The notes under the pieces were generated by a model, which saw only the letters and a list, made by a program, of their open reading frames with translations, was not told where the DNA came from and searched no databases. The position numbers were made by a program, and so were the translations under genes. A stretch of DNA of 64,000 nt from assembly GCF_001194135.2 (NCBI RefSeq), contig NC_068990.1, forward strand, positions 47,819,895 through 47,883,894. The letters run 5' to 3'. Shown here in pieces: positions 24,740-38,229 of the stretch. The stretch comes from Octopus bimaculoides (taxonomy: Eukaryota). Position 1 is the stretch's first letter. The number at the start of each line of letters is the position of its first letter.

Positions 24740-24895
24740 GAAAATGGCTGTGCCAGTGGCCAGCTGGTGCTCCTTTTCAGTTGAATAGACTAGAGAAATA
24801 TGAAATGAAGTATCTTATCCCAGGGTGTAATATGCTGCCCTGACCTAGGAATCGAGCCCATAATCTTTTGATAGTGTACTCAACACCATAACCAT
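24740..24895 (-). mobile_element. SINE family 3 relic
   Basis: cagctggtgctcctttcagttgaatagactagag...gaatcgagccc; similar to 50440-50640 and, inverted, to 30300-30480. Confidence 0.5.
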
Positions 24896-25428
24896 GATAT
24901 ATAAAGCTTTGAAATAAATGTCTTTTACCATGTACAATTGCTACATGTTACTAAATTATCAGATCTATTTAAGACATCCTTCACAATGATTTTTTGAAAT
25001 TATAACTATAATTTGAAAAAAAGAGGGTTACATTCTTAACCCTACATTTTCATAATTTGAAATGCACCTTTATCATATGGTATCTAAATTAATGATGCAG
25101 TTGTGTAGTTTTGAGATTTCTAAACTGTCATTCTCTATAACAGATTGCTATAAACAATGCAACCAACAGATTACCAACAATGGACACATTAATTTGCTCC
25201 AAAGTTCAACAATTCCTTTGTTCCTAAAGTTCAACAAATCTCAAATCATTCTCATATCAGCTGATATTTGATTACATTGTACAATTACCATGGTTACACT
25301 TGTCAGCACATGTTAAATAACAAGTTCCTCATATCAGGTCCTGCTTGAATTAGATTAAAATTGCTGTTGGTATCAATAGTAAACACTTTCAGAAAACCCT
25401 TAATGCAACACTTAAACTTTGTGTACTC

Positions 25429-25571
25429 ATGGATTATGAAGCAACTATTACAAATATTGGGCACTTTGGTAATTACCAGAAGTTAGTTCTATGCTTGTTG
25501 GGCTTCTTTTTCATGGCAAGTGGTATAGAAACACTATTAAATGTGTTTATAATTTATGTTCCAGAATTCAG
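25429..25571 (+). CDS. SLC22: SLC22-family transporter paralog B, coding exon 1
   Basis: ATG 25429; MDYEATITNIGHFGNYQKLVLCLLGFFFMASGIETLLNVFIIYVPEF+AG, donor gtaaga; 143 nt, phase 2. Confidence 0.9.
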
Positions 25572-25587
25572 GTAAGATTTAGATTTC

Positions 25588-25641
<54 letters not shown>

Positions 25642-25829
25642 CACTGTAAATATTTGCTATTAATCTTATTTTGTGTAAAGGTCAAGAGAATCATTTAAAA
25701 CACATTACATTCGTTTTCATTATAATCTTTTATTGTATTGCATATTGGTAGACGTCAACAAGTTTTGTCATACATTTATGGCCTGGTTATATTGACACAA
25801 TATCATCATAGTGAGATCATAGATACACA

Positions 25830-25990
25830 ACACAAATATAGTGGGTAGGGGTTAAGAAACCTAATTAATAGCCATGAGATTTCAGGTTCAGTCCCACTTT
25901 GCCATACTTTGAATAAATGTCCTCTGCTATAGTCCTGATTTGGCAAATGCCTTGTGAGTAAATTTGATAGATGGGAACTGTGCAGAAGCC
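25830..25990 (+). mobile_element. tRNA-derived SINE, family 1-related
   Basis: caggttcagtcccact...tgctatagtcctg...ttgtgagtaaatttgatagatgggaactgtgcagaagcc, followed by (CT)n. Confidence 0.6.
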
Positions 25991-26025
<35 letters not shown>

Positions 26026-26365
26026 CCTCTCTCGCTCTCTTCCTCTCTCTCTCTTTTCCTCTCTCTCCTCTCTTTCTCTGTATGTGTGTATGTGTGTGTG
26101 TGCATCACCATCACCATAGTTGTTGTCATCGCCATTGTTTCAACATCCACTTTTCTATGCTTGCCTAGGTCAGACAGAATTTGACAGGGAGGCACAAACA
26201 CACACACACACATGCACATATACATGCAGACATACATACACTCATACATACATACATACTTAAATATAAGAGAACATTATTAGTCCTAAAATAATAGCAT
26301 TAGTGGCCGCGAGTGTATATATATACACACATATATACACATACATATGCATATAAAAATTTGTG

Positions 26366-26400
<35 letters not shown>

Positions 26401-26505
26401 GTGTGCATGAAGCTTTGTGATTGAATTTGGTAGGCGGAACTTACTGCCGTGTGTGTATATGTCTGTGCATGTGCTTGTGCCTCTTTCCCAGAGAGTGAGA
26501 GAGGG

Positions 26506-26537
<32 letters not shown>

Positions 26538-26541
<4 letters not shown>

Positions 26542-27252
26542 CCTTGCTCTCATAGCTGAATCTCTCCCAGAACTAGAGAAAAAATTTCAGGTGTGGAAGC
26601 AAGGTCTAGAATCTTAGGGCCTTAAAGTCAATGTAGCAGAAACCAAAATCCTAGTTGGTAGGAAGGTGGACAAATCACAAAGCCCTTCAGGTAGATGGCT
26701 CTGCTTGATCTATAGAAAAAAGTGTAGGTAGTAACTCAATAAGATGTACCCAGTGTAAGCAATGGACACATAAGAGGTGCAGCAATATCAAAGGAAGGTT
26801 AACTGAGATGATAGATTTTGTATGCGGTAGATGCACAGGGGTAATAAACACCGAAGATCTTCAGAAAACAGATTACAATACATGCCAAGGGAGAAACTAG
26901 AAGTAGTTGATAGCGTCCACTACTTAGGTGACCAAGTCTGTAGTGGGGGTGGATACTTTGAGAGCGTTGCCACTAGAATAAGAATAGCCTGGGCAAAGTT
27001 CAGAAAGCTCCTACCTCTGCTGGCAACAAAGGGCCTCTCGCTCAGAGTGAAAGGTAGACTGTCTGATATATGTGTGCAAACAGCCATGCTACACAGTAGT
27101 GAAACATGAGTCATGACTGTAGAGGACATACGTAGGCTTGAAAGAAATGAAGCTTGTATGATCTGCTAGATGTATAATGTCAATGTGCATATGCGACTGA
27201 GTGTAAGCACCCTGAGAGAAATGTTGGACATAAGAAGTATCAGATTTGGTGT

Positions 27253-27299
<47 letters not shown>

Positions 27300-27720
27300 T
27301 GTGATTGAGAAGACCTGGCAAGTAAAGTGAGACCACAGCCATGCATGTTCAACCTAGTTAAGAGTACCTCTGATGCATTGGGTGGTATGATATGCTTGAG
27401 TAGACCTGTTGAGTCAAGTAAAACCAATATAGTAGCTGTCGCCAGTTCCCTCAACTGGCTCCTATGCTGGTGGCATGTAAAAAGCACTATCCAAACATAA
27501 TCAATGCGAAGACTGCTTGACTGGCTCCTGTGCCAGTAGTATGTAAAAAGCACCTACTACACTCTCAGAGTGGTTGGTGTTAGGGAGGGCATCCAGCTGT
27601 AGAAACATTGCCAGATCAGATTAGAACCTGGTGCAGTCACTGGATCTCCAGATCTCAGTCAAACCATCCAACCCGTGCCAGCATGGAAAATGAATGTTAA
27701 ATGATGATGATGATGATATA
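26538..27720 (+). mobile_element. RTE-clade LINE 3' fragment with PHD-like finger
   Basis: GLKVNVAETK, CTQCKQWTHKRC, YLG...ATRIRIAWAKFRKLLPLL; 3'UTR ends atgttaaatgatgatgatgat; a (TA)n sits at an internal deletion. Confidence 0.8.
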
Positions 27721-27791
27721 TATGCATCCATACATATATACATATTTACATATACACATATATATAAATATATATATATATNNNNNNNNNN

Positions 27792-28990
27792 ACACATGTG
27801 GTCTCTGAGGAAGTAGATGAGTGGCTTGTTAAAGCTGTACAAGCCATGTATACTGGTGCTATTAGTAGGATGAGAGTTGGCCATGAGCACACTGATGAAT
27901 TTAGTGTACAAGTAGGGTTTCACCAGGGCTCAGTTCTCAGTCCACTTTTGTTCATCATTGTCTTCCAGGCCATAACAATGGAATTTAAAGCTGGTTGCCC
28001 ATGGGAACTACTATATGCCAATGACCTCGTTCTTATAACAGAATATGAAATAGAACTGGAGAAGAAAGACCTGAAATCAAAGGGCCTTAAAGTTAATGTA
28101 GCAAGGACCATAGTTGTGGTGAGTAGAAAGTGGATAAGACTCTCTTTTTGTCATGTAAATGGCCCTGCTCAATATGTAGGAAAGGTGCTGGAAGAAATTC
28201 TATTCATTGCACCCAGTGCAAGCTATGGATATATAAGAGGTGCAGTGGAATCACAGGTAGGTTAACAAATAAAGTCACCTTCATATGTAGCAGATGCAGA
28301 GAAACAACAAGTACTAAGAACACATGGGGATTAGACACTCTCAAATGCTCAGGAGGCTCTCTTGAGGTTGTAGATTGTTTCTGTGACCTATGTGATCAAA
28401 TTAGCAGTGGTGGAAGATATTCTGAAAATATTGTTGCTAGAATTAGAATAGGATGGTGAAAGTTCAGAGAATTATTACCTCTATTAACTATAAAACGACC
28501 CTCTCTCTCTCTCTCTCACACAAAGTGAAAGGCAGATTGTATGACGCTTGTGTATGAATGACTATACTCCATGGTAGTGAGACAAGAGCTCTGAATGCAA
28601 AAGACATATGTAGACTAGAGAGGATTAAAGCTAGTATACTCCAATGGATATGCAACATCAGGGTGAATGTACACCAAAGTACAAATGTGCTGAGAGAGAA
28701 GTTGGGTATAAGTGGAATGAGATGCAGCATACAAGAGAGAGGACTACATTACTTTGGACATGTGATGCATATGAATGAAGACAGCTGCATAGGGAGGTGC
28801 CAATTGCTTAAAGTTGATGGCACATGTGGAAGAGGGAGACTCAAGAAGGCATGGGATGAAATAGTGGGAGCTGATCACAAGATGTTGGGCCTTATGAAGG
28901 ACATGACAATGGACCAAGATTTTTGGTGATATGAAGTCCTTGAGAAGACCCACTAACCTGAGTAAAACTGAATTCTGAGAGCACTGTGAC
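27792..28990 (+). mobile_element. RTE-clade LINE fragment (RT plus PHD-like finger)
   Basis: VQVGFHQGSVLSPLLF, ELLYANDLVL (YADD-derived), CSICRKGAGRNSIHCTQC, GRGRLKKAWDE. Confidence 0.85.
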
Positions 28991-29639
28991 CCACTCACAT
29001 GTAACATTAAGCTTTCACACACCCTACCCCAATAAATCAAACTACATCTTTCTTTCTTTTCCTCTCCTCTTTCTCTCTCCTTCTCTTCTTCTTCTCTTCC
29101 TCACATTTCTTCTTTTTCATGCACCATGCTTATCTCTCCCTCCCCCAATCACTCCTGCAGCCCAAATCAATCCTCCCTGCCAATTGTATCATTGCTATCC
29201 TGTTGTCCCCTCCTCTATATACCCTGGTTTCACCAGTTACTGCATCTCCCTCTTCTCTCTCCATTCTCTTTTGCATTCACATGAATTTTTAACTCATACA
29301 TTCTCAGTAATGTTCTACCTACCCTTTTAAATTCTTATCTCTATACCTTGAGAGAATGCCCTGGCATACTGCCACCTTCTCTCTTGCTCCCTCTCACCTT
29401 TACTGTCTCTCTTGCTCTCTCCCTCTGACTGGGGTAACTATATATCTCCTCTACAGCAAGACATGCTATATAATTTCTGTACAAGAAATATAGAATTATT
29501 TTTTTGTTATTGTTATCTAGAAGAAAGTGGCACATTATTTCAGATGACTGTGTTTTTTTGACTGTACTAGACACTGATATGATATCATTCTTGACATATT
29601 TTAAATGAGATAATGATGAATCTCCAAATATCTAGTGTT

Positions 29640-29825
29640 AATCAACTCAATGGTTAAATTCTGAGATGGACTAAAATATCTGAGATAGTACTTTATTTTA
29701 TCAACCCCAAAAGAATGAAAGGCAAAGTTGACCTTAGTGGTATTTGAACTCAGGACATAAAATTGGAAGAAATGCTGCTAAGCTCTTTGTCTGAAACAGT
29801 GATTTTGTCAGCTCACTGCCTTCTT
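29640..29825 (-). mobile_element. tRNA-derived SINE, family 2 (decayed)
   Basis: gaatgaaaggcaaagttgaccttagtggtatttgaactcagg matches 16635-16866. Confidence 0.65.
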
Positions 29826-30299
29826 GTATTATATAACAAATTCAATTTTTTTCCCCCCTTTTAATGTCTTTGTTTGTCTTGTTTAATACTTTGGTATTTG
29901 TAAAAAAGCTTGGTTCACTTTCTGAAATTTATCTGATTTCTAAATTTCATGATTTCAACTTACTTGACAAGTACAACTCAAAGATTTTTTAATCTATTAC
30001 TTATGCAATTTGTATTTAGGCATCATTATGCTTAAAGATATTTCTGTAATATGTCTTTAACAGCTAGATAATTTAGCAATCAGATATTCACACCAAAGAG
30101 CATAAATAGTCTTCTGCTGATATAGTTGACTGGGTATTTTTAAAGTTTATTTGAATTTGCTTAGATATTTTTAATATTAGCTTGAATTTTTATTAATGAA
30201 GTTACAAGATGGTTACAGTTCTCCCTTTAATCGATAACTAGTACCAAAAGATACAGGATAAATTAAATATTTTATCACATAGCATATGAAACAGTAGTA

Positions 30300-30480
30300 A
30301 AAGCATATGGCCTAGTGATTAAGTGCATTCATGATTGCAAAATCATAGTTTCAATTCCTAGACTGGATGATACATCGTGTTCTTGAGCAGAATACTTCAT
30401 CTCATGCTGTTCCAGTCCCCTCAGTAGTAAATGAGTAACCCTGTGATAGACTGATGTCATATTCAGTGTGGAATGTTGTG
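30300..30480 (+). mobile_element. SINE family 3 (tRNA head)
   Basis: ggcctagtgattaag (A-box-like)...gtttcaattcct (B-box-like)...tgttcttgagcagaatacttcatctcatgctgttccagtc. Confidence 0.55.
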
Positions 30481-31334
30481 ATTGCAGTGTACCAGAGTTT
30501 TGTCTTCTTTCAATAGAGTGTTATTTACAGAATTTAGTGTTATTAACAAAATTATGTATACATTATACCATATAGGGTAAAAAGGCAAGAGTATAGATAA
30601 AGACCCCCTTCAGTCACAAATGACCATAGGGTTGCACTTAGAAAGTTCTCCAAAACACAAGTCCAGGCAAGGTTGTTTGAAGAAGAGCAGCAGTCACCCA
30701 TGCATATCAGTCTCTCTTCTCCATGCCAGCAACATTGTCCAAGAGAAAGGCGAAAGCTGATATAAATTGGCACCAGTGACATCACAGTTCATTTCTACGC
30801 TCTAACCAATGAGTCATGTGCCTTCACATTATACAATAAATATATAACATAACTGATGTTATATGTTAAATGTGTAAAATTTTAGTCTTGCTATGAAGAT
30901 TAGTTAAGATATATTTTCTGGTCAAATTGCATGATTAGTTATAATTAAAATCTTAAAACTCCAATATATGCTTATTAAGATCTTCTGAATTTGAACTTTA
31001 GATCATGCATGAATAATAGGTGAATATAAATGTACAAATACTATTTCTGTAAGCAGGAGAGAAATGCATGCTGACCAACTTGAGCATAGTATATTATTTG
31101 TAACTAATAATTTGACATGAGAGAGGTGATTTCAGAACCACAAAGCAACAAATTAGATACTCTACTCTCTGGTATTATTAAAACAATTTTGGTTGGATTT
31201 TTAGAGCAGCAAATGAAATGCTATGTAGTATTTGTCTAGGGGGTTTCTGCATTGAGTACAAATGTTTGTGAGATCAACTTTGCTTTTCATCTCAAATGGG
31301 GGAGGAAGCAACTGTTGATGAAATATAATACTTG

Positions 31335-31713
31335 TTACCTCTGCCAAGAAAGGAGGTTATGTTTTCATCGGCACTGGTTTGTCCGTCTGTCCGTCTGTGT
31401 GCAAAATAACTCAAAAAGTTTTGAACAGCATTTGATGAAACCTGCAGGAAAAGTTGGTAATGATACAAGGAACAGATGATAAAATTTTGGTAGTGATCCA
31501 GGAATTTGTATGGATTCTTGAAGGATTTTTCATTTGCTATATTTACTTTACAAGAAGTATTACAATGTTATGTTCTTTGATTATCTCCCTTGAAAACACG
31601 TTCATTGTTTCTGCTTAACCCATGGTGGTGTTGCTGTTTCCAAAGCTTATTTTCGTTTCTCTATTAGTAATTTTACTCGCGTATCTATCTTAAAATGAGC
31701 TGTTTGGCGGAGG
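31335..31713 (+). mobile_element. Helentron-associated (HINE/DINE-1-like) non-autonomous element
   Basis: 5' ttacctctgccaag..aggaggttatgttttc, internal (GTCC/GTCT) repeat, 3' subterminal inverted repeat ttggcggagg; 3' hairpin lost to the adjacent CR1. Confidence 0.6.
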
Positions 31714-31715
31714 CC

Positions 31716-32215
31716 TGTGGAGGATGACATGACAAGCCTTGGCTATTGGGATCAACTCAAAAAAGCTCAGGCTTTGCTCCTGCCACTGCCACTGTGAGTT
31801 CTATATCATCTGTATGATGTGGAAAATATTCCATCAGCATTGCTCATCCTTAAAATTCATCCTAGGCTTGTCCCCTGTGCCATCCGTCTACTACAGAAAT
31901 GTTTGTGTCGTATCACAACACTATTACAGAACTATTTCACCTCAATTGGCCCTGCTTCTTCAACATCGTGCCAGACACACATAAAGGAGGAAAGTAACTT
32001 CACAGTATTCAAACAATCTCTAGATGATTACCTCCAACAAATACCAGATAAACCACCCACACCCAGATATGTCTCTGAAAACAATAACCCTCTGCTTGAA
32101 TGGGCTACAGTTCCCCAGAACTGACTGTGTATCTCTTCCAGGTGGTGCTATTAAATTAGACATGGCCTGAGTCAACTTCGGTCGAAACGTATCCAAGTAA
32201 TCTAATTTATGCTGT
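31716..32215 (+). mobile_element. CR1-clade LINE 3' end
   Basis: LGYWDQLKKLRL...HPRL...FKQSLDDYLQQIPDKPPTP..NNPLLEW, typical CR1 ORF2 C-terminus plus short 3'UTR. Confidence 0.75.
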
Positions 32216-32569
32216 AACCTTTTAATCAAAGCATGACAACGTGGGTAGAGGCTGATATCTTAACATTTCTTAACAAAATTATTAAAGATTTATATAGAAC
32301 TACATTCAGAGTACGTCTATAAGCTATTGTATTTAGACCTGCTTTTTATCCTCAAACTGTTCTGTTTTGTAGATGCAATTTTTTTTTTTTTTTAATAAAG
32401 CATTCTGAAATTAGAAAAATAAAAAATCTGCAACAATCTCAGTCCCATGAGTATCGGATAATGGATTTTCAACTGTGTAAAGAAATTGATTGTGGTGATC
32501 GTGGTTTTGATGGTGATTGTGGTGAAAGCAGAGACAGTGTTGATGATGACGATGGTCGAGATAAGTATG

Positions 32570-32685
32570 GGAGGAGGTTATGCTTTTGCCAGTGTTGGTT
32601 TGGGAAATTGGGCGATTTTCAACATGCGTGTATATGGGTGGAAATGAGCTGCTTGGCGGAGGTCAGCACTCTCTGAGTGCTTTTA
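32570..32685 (+). mobile_element. Miniature HINE copy with intact 3' subTIR and hairpin
   Basis: ggaggttatgcttt...aaatgagctgcttggcggaggtca-gcact-ctctg-agtgc-tttt. Confidence 0.6.
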
Positions 32686-33221
32686 TTAAATATTGAAGTT
32701 GATGGTATTCCTTCCTCCAAAAACCATGCGCCTATGTTAGAAACAATTATTAAAAGACTCTTTCCTACATCAGCTCAACTGCGCTGTTTTAATCTATTTG
32801 ACTGAAAATATCTTCTGTTACTAATTCCGATTACATTTTAGAAAGTCAAATTAAAGACTACGTATATTTCACAATAGTTCATGTTAATATCTAAAACTGT
32901 TGAGAGAAAAAAATTATCCAATGATATTTTATTTGAAAATTCATAAATGCTTTGATTTAATTGAGATGCTATTCACCGTGGGTTCATAACTTAAACTAAA
33001 TCCTTTTATAGATCCCAAACATCTTTTTTCTTAAAATAAGCTTAACTGTCTTTTCTTCAGACAGCTGGCCGAACATTGGGTTTATATTGTAGCTATGTAC
33101 TATAAATTTTTCGTTGGTATCATCATAATAATATTCTCCTACAGCTTCTCACCATTGTCACTGTCTAAATAGTCACTGCCATGGCTAAATATTCATATTT
33201 TTTCATATAGCCTGAACCTTT

Positions 33222-36200
33222 CATCATCATCCTTCAACCAAATTATGGTTGGTCAAAACTCCATTGACAATCCCTTTCCACACTACACGGTCCTGCATTG
33301 CTGTGTTCAGATCTCTAATATCGAGCCCTGAATCCGAGAAATGTCAGTTTCCTGGAGAAAACACTTCCAGAGGAATACCATAGGGATGAGATAACCTCTT
33401 TCTCTGCTCCATGACAGTAGCCAGCAAATTGTAGCCATTTCTGCTTTAACTTGAGGAACATTAGCATCACAATTCTGTAGATGTTATTAAGTGTTGGGTG
33501 TGATCTCCAATTGATGTTGTGTATCTTTTTGAGCAGACTGGTATATGTTCCATCTACTTGTTTTTCTAAGAGAGCCAATAAGGTCCAGATCTCTGATCCA
33601 TAGAGAAGGACCAGCTCAATCAGTGTTTTAAATGTTTTAACTTTTAACATGGTTAGAAGGTTTGTGTGCCAGATCTGATCAAGTCTGTTACATGCATGCC
33701 AAGCAAGAGCTTCGCAGATACAAAAGTCCTTTTGGGGGTCTACTATGTGTGATCCAAGATAGTTGAAGTTATCAAAGTTTTTGATTGGTATATTATTGAG
33801 TGATTTAAGTTCAGTTAATTTGGAGGAGGTTGTGATAAACTCTGTCTTACTCTAATTGCAATAAAGGCCGACCTGGTCTGCTACTTTCTCCAGTGCTTGT
33901 AACAATGATTCTGCATCAATAATACAATGGGACATCAAGGCAAGATTGTCAGCAAAGTCAAGATCAGTTAAATATTGTGCACAATGCCGACTGCTCTGGT
34001 GGGGTTTCAAAAGGTGTCCCTTTTCCTCCATACTATCTAGAGAAAGGCGTAGAACATAGTCGAGAACAATGATGAGCAAGAAAGGAGTGAGTGTGTCACC
34101 CTGCATTTACCTGCTTCAACTTCAAAGAAATCAGTCTCTCCATCAAGAGATATAACTGTGGCAGTGGTGTTTGTGTACAGCGCTCTGATAGCATCAACAA
34201 TTCTGGGAGGAATACCATAGAGTGCAAAGATTTTAAACATAAGATCTCTGCTGATGGAATCAAATGCTTTGCAAAAGTTGACAAAACAGATTATGACGCT
34301 CTTGTTAAACTTTTTCATTTCTTCCAGCATGCAATGGACAGGGAGGATTTGAGCAGTTGTTGACTCACCCCTTCTAAAGCCATTCTGATTCTTATGAAGA
34401 AGTGGATCAAGCATAGGTACAATCCTATTAAGCAGAAGTTTGTTATAAACTTTTGCTGCAATTGGGATCAGAGTAATGCCTCTATAATTTGCTGCACTTG
34501 TTAGATCACCTTTTTTGGGGACAGGAACAATTCCACCCTTCAACCAAGATGTTAGAGGTAAATGATGTGAAAATGTGTCATTGCAGAAACCTAGTAAGGT
34601 TTCATGAAATATTGGATCTTTCTACAGTAATGTTGGCATGTTATTGAGTCCTGGAGATTTATTGTAAGCAAAACCACTGAGAGCTACTTTGAGCTCAACC
34701 AATGTGAAAAAGTCCGTGTTGATGTCTAATACATTAGATATTTGGTGTAGAGGAAGTGGAAGAATGCTAGTTTGTGGTGGTTCTCCAAGAAGTTTCTGGA
34801 ATTGGTCAAACCAGTTGGCCTTGCACTTTTCAGAGGAACCACCTTTAAGCCTGATGGAGGGCTTAAATTTTTTTCCAGTTAGTGTGTTTATTAATTTCCA
34901 CACTGCAGCATGTTGCTTTGCAGTATGCAAGTTCGCAATTTTGTTAATCTCAGCTAGAAAGTAATCTGTTTCTACATTGGCTTATGCCTCATCTAGTGTT
35001 CCTTGAACTTTGGAAGCATCTTTGAAGTTATTTTTAGTAGGCCTCTGTTTGTGTCTAAGTTTTGATCTTTCTAGATACTTCCTTGTTTCTCTCATATGGA
35101 CATCTTCATGAATTGATCTGTGCTTTATTCTTTCCTTCTTTGGTAGTTTTGAAAGGGCAATTTCTTCTGTGGTTGTTATGAGGTTATTATATTGTGTTTC
35201 AATGTTGTCAGTGTGCTCTGAGAGCAGTTCAAAACGATTTTTAACATCCACTACAAATGAGTGCGCTAAGTTTTTATCTAATGATATCTTGGGCCAGTCC
35301 ACCTGTTTCATGGGCTTTTGGACTGCTGGTTTTGATGATCTAAGGCTGAGAACAGTGTATATGGAAACAACTCTATGGTCTGAGCCAATAGATGCAAAGG
35401 AAGAGAATGCCTGTCCATTTCGGACACTGTTCTTCCATTTGTTTCTCACAAGTATGTAGTCAATTTATAATTAAGATCCAGATAGGTGCTAGAATGTCCA
35501 CAAATGCTTTGGGTGTTTCATGAACTTTGTGTTTGCAATCTGAAGTTGGAACTCATGATCAAAATCAATCAGTTTTTATCCCGTTCTAGTTAATCTCCTT
35601 GTTATAGGTGAATAGAACATCATCCCTCCCTATTTGGCCATTAAAATCACCTGCTATAACAAGGAAGTTGTGAGAAGGGATACTTTCCATTACTCCCTTC
35701 AGATCAGGGTAGAAGTCATCTGCAAGTTTCTCATCACTTGTGTTAGTTGGGCAGTAACATGCAATGAATGTGGTTTGAGGGTTACTACTCAGCTTGGCAA
35801 CACTTATGCGGTGAAATATTTTCTCAACAGAGAGCAAGTTCCCTGAGGCTCTTGGAGATAGGAAAATATCAACACCACCTATAGATACCAACTTATTACA
35901 ACCTCTGCTATTAAAAATTCCCACCTGGGAGTTTTAAATAGCAGAGGTTGTAATAAGTTGGTATCTATCAAGGTTGGTATACTTCAAATTTGTGTCAGGG
36001 TGATGATGCCTGTGTTCTTGGATGCTCAAGATATCAACTTTGTTTTTCTTTACACATTGCAGAAGTTCTTGTTTTCTGCTTGTCTTTGATAAAGTTCGTG
36101 AGTTAAAGGTGCTGTTAACAACAGGTCTTTTGCACTTCATAAATTTGTTTGTTGTTCCTGCATCTACATCTACCTCTTCATAGCTACCCTACTCTAAATA

Positions 36201-36590
36201 GTTTAGAGGTAGCTGGTCATACGTTTCTTGGGAAATAAGGTGAGAATTTGGAACTGAAGAAGCAGGGGCTTGAACCCTGGTACTGCAAGTGGACATCATG
36301 GTAATTCTTTTGGTAGCTGATATAGAAGTGGATCACCAGTTCTTCATCCTGGTATTTTTACATACATCATCTCAAGGGATGAGGTAAATTTATCCATGAG
36401 GTAAATTTATCCCACACCAGACACCAACTTGGTATTTCAATTCTGCAGCTGGTTTTTCTTATAAGAGATTTTCTCCTCCTAGCAGGCTGCCTTCAGCTCA
36501 GCTCAGGGAGTCCTGTCTACCCCATTCCATCTATGCAGTGCATGGACGTTATGCCATGAGGGGTGTACCCCCACATACCCCAATCACAGA
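33222..36590 (-). mobile_element. RTE-clade LINE, near full length, decayed
   Basis: APE domain (STFNSRTL..ILSIQEHR, VIAGDFNG), RT (ANYRGITL..NQNGFRRG, QGDTLTP, LDFADNLAL), (GAT)n tail near 33222. Confidence 0.9.
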
Positions 36591-36859
36591 TAGAAAGATG
36601 AAGAAGATAAAATAGAGATAAGAGAATAAAATAAATTTGGGATGTAAAAGTACATGTAAAAGTATATAAAAAATTAAAAATTTTATACAATATATAAAAC
36701 ACAACACTCACAAAAATACACACACAAAATACACACACGATACACACACATGCGCGCATGCACACACATACACACACTCACACAAATTTTCACACATGCA
36801 TCACAATCAAACATTGTTGAATTGGTCGTTGACTACACAGTAGTTCTTCTGCCCTTTGA

Positions 36860-37945
36860 TGAGTCTTACAGATGTTCCATAGGCCAGACTGCACATTGAT
36901 TACACAAGATCATTTAAGGGTTCATATTATCTTGTTTTGGTGGATAGTTTTACAAAGTAGTCTGAAGTGCATAAGTATAAAGAGCCGACATCTGCAGTTA
37001 TAATTAGTTTTTTACATGAATTGTTCACCAGATATGGTATTCTGGATACCATTGTGTCTGATAATGAAACTCAATTTACTTCAGACAAATTCAGAAAATT
37101 TTGTCACCACTCCACCATATCAAATGAACAAGTGGAGCGTTTTGTTGACACCTTCAAGAGGGCAGTGAAAAAGGCAAACGATGATGTGATGTCTGATTTT
37201 GTACTTCAATAATTTCTATGAGTGTACCAAGTAACACCTGTTCCAAATGCACTGTAAGGAATATCACCTACAGAATTGATGTTTGCTACAAAAGTCAGAT
37301 CTGTCTATGATAAGCTGATACCGAATGAAAATAAAAAAAAGGTGAACAACAAAAATACTGCAAAATTCTTCAAGTTAGGTAACAAAGTTTTTTAAAACCT
37401 ATAAATATGCTATGGTAAAGAAAGCTGGGAGGATAGTGTAATAATTAAACAAATTGGAAGAATGTTATTCCTGGTAAAAGGAAAAAATGTTGAACACAAA
37501 AGACTAAGAAAAGATTCACAGATAAAACGAAATGAAATCCCCATGGAAGTATTGTATGACATTTTTGAGGTACTAACACCAAAACAATTTGAAACTGTAT
37601 GTTCTAGCACTGGAAAATGGAAAAGAATGGAAGCATTGGAATTGAACCCTAAGTGGAAGAGACATTAAACTCTGAGTGGAGTTCAATTCTCAAAAGGGGA
37701 GAAGATGGGGAGACTGATTCTAAAACAGGGAGATGTTGTGGAAGGATTCCAACCACCCCGCAAGTGACTAAAGGTAGACTGTCTCATTGCTATAAAACAA
37801 AGAACTGTGAGTGATTGGCAGTTTGTGTTGATAGCAGTTCACTGTGAGCCTTTGATATAGTGTTGACGCTTGTGTAATAGTAATAGTAGTACGTCGTGTA
37901 TATATGTTCTTTTCCCCTGCTTCATTATATTATATATCCAATACA
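36860..37945 (+). mobile_element. Gypsy/Ty3 integrase fragment, polypurine tract and probable 3' LTR
   Basis: RLHIDY...LVLVDSFTK, TIVSDNETQFTS, VERFVDTFKR. PPT aaaacagggaga precedes tgttgt at 37734; putative LTR ends ...aataca at 37945. Confidence 0.75.
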
Positions 37946-38229
37946 AGGATATAAAAATAACTTAAAGTTAGAATATATAGTCAAGACATATAATCAAGAC
38001 AAACATAGAACTGAGAATAGGGTTTCACAATCTTCTAAAACTTGTAGGAAATCAAGAACATAAAAGAAATTGGGGTTCCACAAGCGGACCCTAAGGGGAT
38101 TTTAGACACAAGAATCACGAATGAAAAAGTTATTCCATTTAAAATCAAATATACTTGTATTGAAAGCTCCAGTGATTCATGAAAAAAACATGATATAAAA
38201 TGTTCTGAATAGTGAAATATATTTCAATC

